From the human T2T-CHM13v2.0 reference genome, Homo sapiens, in assembly GCF_009914755.1 (NCBI RefSeq), contig NC_060933.1: 64,000 bases of DNA; one strand, written 5' to 3'. Every line of letters starts with the position of its first letter. Position 1 is the stretch's first letter. The notes under the pieces were generated by a model. The model was not told where the DNA came from and did no database searches. It saw only the letters and a list, made by a program, of their open reading frames with translations. A program made the translations under genes and the position numbers. Positions 55,504 to 64,000 of this stretch are shown here, piece after piece.

Positions 55504-57548
55504 CCAGTTACTTTCAAAACCTTATTCAAGTACATGATGCAAATGAATCCAGCTTCTAGGGTGGTTCATAAATTGTAATTTCAAGGTTTAGTTCAATAAG
55601 TGAAGCATAATGACTTATTCCATTTTTCCAAAGTAAATGGTACCAACCAGAACTATGCTTGGGAGGAAGAACAGGGAAGGGATATCAGGAAATCCTGAAC
55701 TTCCTTCCACCTCTTCCAAATTAACTCATGTGTCTCCTGTTTTATAAATGCCTTTGGGAGGAGATACTACCATCATCCTGCAATAAAGATGAAGCTTGAA
55801 TTCACTATATATCAGCATGTGCATATTTAAGATCAGTGTTTCCTGAAGTTGTGACAGTGAGAAGAGAGAGTCGGCTGAGTGCTACAAGTATCACAGGGTT
55901 GACGAGGATGGCAGCCCCACCTGGAAGGGCTTTATAAGCGCTGAGATTCTGGAGGCAGTCTCTTGAGAATTCATAACTCTCTAGGTAACTGCATTAGTCA
56001 TCAATGTAATCAGCCTTTTTCTTTCTTCTGAGTCAGGAAAGGGGTGCTGATGAGGCAAGATTCCGAACATTTGTGGATTCCTGGCCGTATACTACTGCTG
56101 TAAGACCTCCTTTTAACTGAATTTGGCCACATGCCTTTGGGCACCAGAAATTCATATCTTAATACATGTCGTTGTTGGAGTCAATACATGTTTAAACTGA
56201 TATACTATATCAGTTATATTTATATCAATTCTCCCTTATTGATCCTAGAATAATTTAAAAGAAAATGAAAAGACTAGACATAATTATGGCCACACAAGAC
56301 AGTAGCTACACAATTAAGTAATAAATGTTTTACAAACTTAAGTAATATATGGACCCCTCTTTCAAAGGAAAACAATTTTCTCATGGGCCACTTAATGTTT
56401 ACTTAAAATATTTTAATTGTAATGTTAAAATGTATAAATATAAACTTGGTATGCATGCCTTATGCTTATACAGCTTACAAACAAAAATATACTTACAAAT
56501 TAAATATAAACAAGGCTACAGAGCCAAATAAGCTTAAAGTTAACAACATTTATTTAATGTGAGACACTTGATGTTGTTTTGCTAATATTAAGGCCCTCCT
56601 TGCTGTGTGTATACAGCATGACATGGATTCTTTAGAATTTAGTGATCCATCTCATCATCTTGACTGCCCATTGGGAAAGACGCTCAATCTCTACCCATGT
56701 GGATTTTCTTGGAATTCCTGTAAGCTCCAAGGGTAAGTTAGGGTGTGCCTGGGTGTGCCTAATTAGGTACTGTTGCCCCAAAATCTGTACTCAGATTTGT
56801 ACTAAATAAGCACAATTACCCAGGGTCAGGAAAAGATTTATTGCATTTTTTAAGTTTTAAAAGTAAAAATGAGATCATAGGCACTGCCCATGGCCTCTTT
56901 GTGCCCTTCTTTTATTTTTCCACATTTCTAGAAATTGTTTTTAAGTGCCTTCTAGAATTCTGTACCAGTCAGCAAAAATATTTATACCAAAGTTTGAGAC
57001 AGGCAATTTTCTTTCAGTTGGAAGTAGTTGTTTCCACCTTGCTTGTATGGGGAGGGGTCTCTAATATGCACCCAATCATAATAGTCCCTGGGCTTTGTCT
57101 CCTGTTCTGCTTGCCTACCAAGGCCATGAAAACCTAAATTCTCCTTTACCTAGTTTGACAAATGCCCTCAGCTGAAATCCAGTTTTAGTCCTCAGCTTGC
57201 TTTCTGAATGATGGTCATGCCATGCTTCTGGAAATGGAAATTCCAAATCTTACCTTTGTAATTACATGCTGTACCCCCATCCCCAATGCCTGATGCAAGC
57301 ATTTCAGTGATGCTGTTCTTTCTCCTCCAAGGCCAGGTGGGTTTCTAGTTGCACAGTAACAGTAATATGGAAGAGTAGACCTACCCAGTGAAAATTCACA
57401 AAGACAACCTGGCTTCTGCTTTCCAAACACAAAAGCATCATAGAAATACAAATGATAAAAATGTTAGAAACCCAAACATAGACTGTCACATGGCTGGGCA
57501 TAGGGACATAAAAGACCAATTGTATGATTGTAACATAGACACTTCTTA

Positions 57549-57897
57549 GTTTTTTTTTTTTTTTTAAGTTCAGAGGCACATGTGCAGTTTGTTACATAGG
57601 TAATTTTGTCATGGGGGTTTGTTGTACAGATTATTTGATCATCCAGATATTAAGCCTAGTTCTCGTTAGTTGTTTTTCCTGATCCTCTCCCTCCTCCCAC
57701 CCTTCACTAGGCCCTGGTTTGTGTTGCTCCTCTCTCTCTCTCTCTGTGTCCATGTGTTCTCATCACTTAGCTCCTACTTATAAGTGAGTACGTGCGGTTT
57801 TCTGTTCCTGTGTTAGTTTGCTAAGGATAATGGCCTTCAGCTGCATCCATGTCCCTGCAAATGACATGATGTCATTCTTTTTTTATAGCTGCATGGT
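57549..57897 (-). mobile_element. L1PA (old) 3'-end fragment
   Basis: Poly-T, then aagttcagaggcacatgtgcagtttgttacatagg...ctgcatccatgtccctgcaaa. Confidence 0.85.
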
Positions 57898-57907
57898 GTC
57901 TCTCGGC

Positions 57908-58232
<325 letters not shown>

Positions 58233-59547
58233 TAAACTAAATGGGGCTCCTCTGACAATTTGTGACTACCAATTAGCTCTCATGTTTCCATAGACTGTTA
58301 GGACACCTTGTCCTCACTCTTTAAAAAAGGCAGACCTGGCTCTAGCTCCCCTGAGTAAGCCACCTCCCTGGTCCCCAGAAATTACAAAGTAAGAGGGCTG
58401 AGTATGATGTAGTATAGTGGGCCAGGTGATCTGGGGAGAAGGAGGCAGGGGTATGGAAATGAAGGAGAAAGGTGTGGCGAGGGTGAATGGTAGGAGAAGG
58501 GAAAGGTGAGGACAAGAGGAGGGGGCTCGTTTTTGTAGGACACTCCCAGGTGGACCTGGACATCATTACCTAGAGCAGTGTTCCTTAAATGTGCCCAGAT
58601 AGGAAGCATAATTACAAAAGTAAGAACTTGCATTTTCAGAGAGCTTTCCCCCGGAAATTCTGATTCAGCAAGTCTAGAGCAAGGGCTATGGTATCTAAAT
58701 GTTTCTGTTTAACGAGTGATACCATGCTAAGTAAAATACAACTTGTTTAAAATAAGGGAGTTCCTGAATTATGTCTGGCATACAATCCAATCCAGATTTC
58801 ATGGAATATTGGAATGCCTGGAGATATAACAATCTTAGAACAAAACATTTGTAAAGCAGTGTAGAAAAAAACAATAAACAAAAATCCAAAATATCTTAAT
58901 TTTGTCCATTTTGAGAGCATTAAGCCTACCCTCAGTAGTTGTCCAAGTTTCTAAGAGTTAGGGTGAAGACAGGACATGACTGATGCGCAGTACTGTGCAA
59001 CCAAAGCTTTAGAAAGGGAACTGGGTAAAGAGGCGTGTCGCCTTATGCCACCTTGTGGCAGAATTGGGTAGTTAATGAAGACCGGCTGGAGGTCGAATGA
59101 CTTGGGTCCTTCAACAAATACTCATTAAGTCATCATTTGAAAAAAAAAATCACTTAAAATCTGAGTCTGTTTTCTCCTTTTAAAAAAGATTACTATTTGC
59201 TTAAATTATGTTTTTGATACAAGCAATGAGACTTTAAAAGTGAAATAAAATATTAAGTATTCTTTTTATCATTGCTAATGCTGTTTTCCCATTTATAAGT
59301 GAGGGAAAAACTTATTTTTCCAGGGATATTCCTTTTTCTCTTGATTAAGATGGTGAACAGAAGGTGGCTGGTCAGAAATGAATGGGGAATGCATTCAATG
59401 AGAGAGATCTCTGCCATCCTCCTCTTCATCTATTCTATTTTCCCAATTCGCTAGAGTGAGACAGGCTACTTTGAAGATGTCAGATGGCTGACTGAGGTGC
59501 TCAGAAAAGACAGATCTCACCAGTAGCTGCAGAATATGGTTACCTAC

Positions 59548-59945
59548 TATGATGGTTAATTTTATGTGTCAATTTCGCTGGGCCACTGTGCCCAAATAGT
59601 TGGTGAAACATTATCCTGGATGATTCTGTGAAGGTGTTTTTGTTTGTTTGTTTGTTTGTTTGTTTTTTTGGATGAGATTAATATTTAAATTGGTAGACTA
59701 AAGCAGATTACCCTCCAAAATGTAGGTAGGCCTCATCCAATCAGTTGAGAGCCTTAATAGAACAAAGACTAACCTCCCCTGAGCAAGAATGAATTCTGCC
59801 AGCAGACTGCCTTTAGACTTAAACTGCAAATCTTTCCTGGGGCTCCAGGTTGCAAACCTGCCTTGTAGATTTTGGTTTATCCAGCCACCACAATCCTGTG
59901 AACCAATTCCTTATAATGTCCCTCTCTCTCTTTCTCAAATCTCTT

Positions 59946-59995
<50 letters not shown>

Positions 59996-60023
59996 TGATT
60001 TTATTTTCTGGAGAGCTGTGACA
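59548..60023 (+). mobile_element. MLT2 (ERVL) solo LTR with (CA)n
   Basis: tgatggttaattttatgtgtcaa...ggatgagattaatatttaaat...ggcctcatccaatcagttga; (CA)~21 at 59949-59991. Confidence 0.85.
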
Positions 60024-60719
60024 CCTGTGAAGGTGTTAGATAACTGGAACTTTTGAGAAAGACATATATCCCAGTTGCTAGAGAATATGGTTACCTACAT
60101 GGTGAGAATTGAAAGGTACTAGAAAAGTCTGCTCTCTTTGTAGAATCTTCTCTAACACTCAAGTGTGGGTTGAAGTTAGGGGTGACCTAACTCAGTTGAT
60201 TGGCTCCATTTCCCTGAGATTCTCTTGGTTCTGCTCACCCCTATGTGGTCGCTCCATTCTCAAGAATGATCTCAGGAAGCCTCCAACAGTTTCAGCCTCA
60301 CTCAGAAAATCTGGAAGATAAAAATCTGCTTCAATTCTAGTATTCAAAGAAATTCACCCTGATTAAAGTGTCAATTGCTGACTAGGACTTTGGCTTGGGA
60401 AATGGAACTTAGTATTTAAGACAATCCTTGGAGATTGGGGTGAAATCAGTTTTCCCTAAGACTTAATGGAATCAAAGTGCTATATGGATACATGAAAAAA
60501 ATCCTGGTTCTGCTAAGGTGAGGGAAGGGGAATAGCTGTTGGGTAGATCACCAATAATGTCCACCAGACACTTACGTAGTACCAGCAATTGATTTATCAC
60601 AATGTAACACACAAGTGATGATACTCAAATTAAACTATACTAGTGCTAAGGAACCAGTAAAGATTAGTGGGGATTATGGTAAACAAGAATAACATGATCT
60701 ATTAATAAAAGAGAGCCAC

Positions 60720-61122
<403 letters not shown>

Positions 61123-62229
61123 TTAGAGAAACTGATAATTTGGATTTTTATGTAAAATAGCCATATTTTAAATGTTGGCAACTAAGTTCATTTTTGTTCT
61201 TGTTTTTAACCACGCAGGACAGCCAATACTGTCTAAAATAAACAAAGCATAACTGTTGGCTAAATGCAGTCTGTGAACCTCTAGTTTTCTGGGCTAGAAA
61301 AACCATTACTTGCCATTCAGTAGTTCTATGAATGAAAGGCTTGCTAAGAGTAGAGGAACCAAAGAAGATGAGAGAATGAGTGTCATTGTCTCATACAATG
61401 CTTTTCGGCAGGTGTGTCCCCACTCACATGTTCTCAGGCTCCCACTTCACGGAATGAAATGTGAAGTCCACTTGGGGCCAGTTAATTCTTTCCAAGATAG
61501 TCAAGGTGTTCCACTGCCAGGCACCAGGAACACTTGTTTCCCTGGTGTTGACCATCTTACTTCATTTACAGGTAAGCCCTAGCAGGTACAGGGACAAAAG
61601 TCTTCACACTAACAGAAATCCAGTGTAGATTAGCTTCTTTTTTTCCCAAGATGCCTAAATTCTATTTTTTAAAAAAGATATAGCGATCATTCTTCCATTT
61701 CTAGACCCTTAGCTGACGTCATTAGGTAGTTTATCATAGTTCTGCGAGACATACAGCTTTTCATTAATAGGTTAGATTAATTACCGTCCTATCATTAAAA
61801 CGCATTTAGTTTAACTGAATGGAAAATAGCAGTTTGTCATAAACTTAAAAAAAAAAATCAATGCTTAATTAGCTTAAAATAGACTAGTACTGAGATCAGA
61901 GACTGATTGGCGTTTATCTTTTCCCTGGACAATTTCTTGTTCCCAAAAAAGCACAAGGGCAGTAGTTGTCACTCCTGCTTACGCATTAGAATCTAGTGGA
62001 TGGAAATGCGGGGTTTGGGGGGAGGAGATGAGGGGAACGCTTTTTTAAAAAAGCTTTTGTCCAGGCCAAGTGATTCTAATGTGTAGACAGGGCAGAATAC
62101 CGCTCCCTGTGCGGGGGAAAAAATCCCCAACATCTGAAATTCCTCAAATCCCTCAGATTCTCTCCAGAACTCTTCATTTCAGCACGTAGGGGTACCAACG
62201 AACAATTTTCTGAGGTGTCTGAGGCTAGT

Positions 62230-62606
62230 CATTTCCCCGGAGATTGACGGGACCGTCAGCCAATCGGCCGTCTGAACGAGTGATGGCAACCCCAATGACA
62301 AGCAACAGAATGAGGAACTTTTTCCCCGCAGAAAGACCAGATCGCAGTAGCAAAGGTCAACAAGTCAACAAAAGCCAAGGGCTCTCCGTCAGGCATCAGC
62401 GAGGCCCGAGTACTCTTAGAGGTCGTAGCTAGGAGAGGGTCCCGCGCTTGCCCAGCGTTGCTAGGGAGGCGGCGCTTGCTCAAGCTTCTCGTGCCCTCTC
62501 CGTACGTCACTTCCGCCCGGCGGGGTCTCATAGTCCTATGGGCTGGGTTGAAGCCACTTCCTTTTTTCTTTCCCTTTTTCCTCTCCGTGGCCCCGCCTCC
62601 CGGAAG
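62230..62606. promoter_or_regulatory. RNF20: TATA-less CpG promoter of RNF20, probably bidirectional
   Basis: CCAAT boxes at ~62260 and ~62292; ETS-CRE composite acgtcacttccg 62504-62515; GC box ggccccgcctcc followed by ETS ccggaagt at ~62589-62608. Confidence 0.75.
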
Positions 62607-62665
62607 TTCTGCCTTGTCTCCGCCGCGGGTCAGGGGTGAGAGCTGGAATCTCTGCACGGGCCTTG
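62607..62665 (+). other. RNF20: First, non-coding exon of RNF20 (BRE1A, H2B ubiquitin ligase); coding exons lie beyond the window
   Basis: Strong donor TTG|GTGAGT at 62666; sequence matches my recollection of the RNF20 5' UTR and the known PGAP4-RNF20 synteny; TSS approximate. Confidence 0.7.
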
Positions 62666-63269
62666 GTGAGTAACTGCTGCGAGTTCTGTTCCCGCGCGGC
62701 GCCAGTTCAAAGAACTTAGGTTAGATCACGCTTAGGGCCCAACAGGACTGTGCCAGGCCTCAGGAGTCTCCACCCTCTCCAGTTTTGGGGCCGTCAGTCT
62801 CCTGGGCCTGCAATTATCCACGCTGAGGCTGAGGTCTTTGGCTTTTAGCGAGTTGGATTGCAGCCTTGTTCTGCTTCTGTGTCTTCTCTCTCCAGGCGAG
62901 GTCCTACTGAGGTTGTTGCCAGCGATAGTCCTCTCCTGGAGCTTGAATTGGAAGCAGAGTAGTCTTGTTAGTCTCGGTGATGGCTGCGTTGTTTCCTGAA
63001 GTAGCCAAAGTGCTTTAGCATCCATTCCGCCTCCTTTGAGCACCCTGGGAGGTAGGCAGGGCAGACGAAAAATATATTCGTTAATATTGTGCAGTTGAGG
63101 AAACTGAAGCTCTTGGCGAATTCACTGTTTCAAAGCAACACGGCCTCTAACAGGCAGAACTGAAATTCGCACCCAGGTCTAACTAACGTAGGGTTGCATA
63201 AAACAGTGGAGAGAGCGTTTGGAAATAGGGAAAACACTGCAAACGTTAAAGAAGAGCTGGGGTTTCTGA

Positions 63270-63480
63270 GTGCTTACTTTGTGTTCGGCTTTGTGCCAAA
63301 TTCTTTCTATAATTATATCATCCATTTTATTTTATAATAAGCATAGGAAGTATATACTGTGGTTATTTATTCCTGGGTTAGGAAACTGAGGCTTAGAGAT
63401 GATAACTGACTTGTCTAGTACTAATGACTTTAGTAGGCATTTCACAGATCTCTTTCAGCTCTGTGATTCTTTCAACACTG
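63270..63480 (-). mobile_element. MIR fragment
   Basis: gagtgcttactttgtg...ggaaactgaggcttagagatgataactgacttgtc. Confidence 0.7.
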
Positions 63481-63655
63481 TAGTATTAACTTCTGGCATA
63501 ATCAAACTGCCCTTTTCTGATTTTGGCATTACAGGAAGAGAGATTCCAGAACTTTATTTTTGGTCTCTTCACCCTTTGCCCATTGTCTCATTTCTTATCA
63601 CCATTCTTATCACCATCCTATTTAGAAATTTATAGTCATGTAAATTTAGCCTTGA

Positions 63656-63956
<301 letters not shown>

Positions 63957-64000
63957 CGCCTTGACTTTTACTCTACAATTTAATTTTTTTTTTTTTTCCT

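Noticed and set aside
55835-56770. Possible old hAT-type DNA transposon relic
   Set aside because: Too degraded to assign a family or boundaries by eye

Overview
Primate, almost certainly human, genomic DNA; the gene pair points to 9q31.1. The window holds the single coding exon of PGAP4/TMEM246 (minus strand, 1187-2398), its CpG-island promoter (~11.3-12.6 kb) and, at the far end, a CpG promoter and first non-coding exon that I recognise as RNF20 (plus strand, ~62.6 kb). The ~50 kb between is mostly transposable-element debris: about 11 Alus, MIR/L2/MLT relics, an ERVL integrase remnant, a C-depleted MER65-type ERV containing a 3.8-kb composite AT-rich minisatellite, an NDUFA4 processed pseudogene, a two-LTR ERV1 provirus interrupted by a near-full-length Charlie3 hAT transposon, a Tigger-type element, and a near-full-length L1PB nested in an older L1. 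I found no new protein-coding system. The most notable observations are three uORFs packed just before the PGAP4 start, the NDUFA4 fossil with ancestral residues and a miR-147 site, a fold-back palindrome at the Charlie3 end, possible APOBEC3 hypermutation, the AT minisatellite and convergent CTCF motifs. Repeat subfamily names come from recalled consensus sequences, and old-repeat boundaries are approximate.
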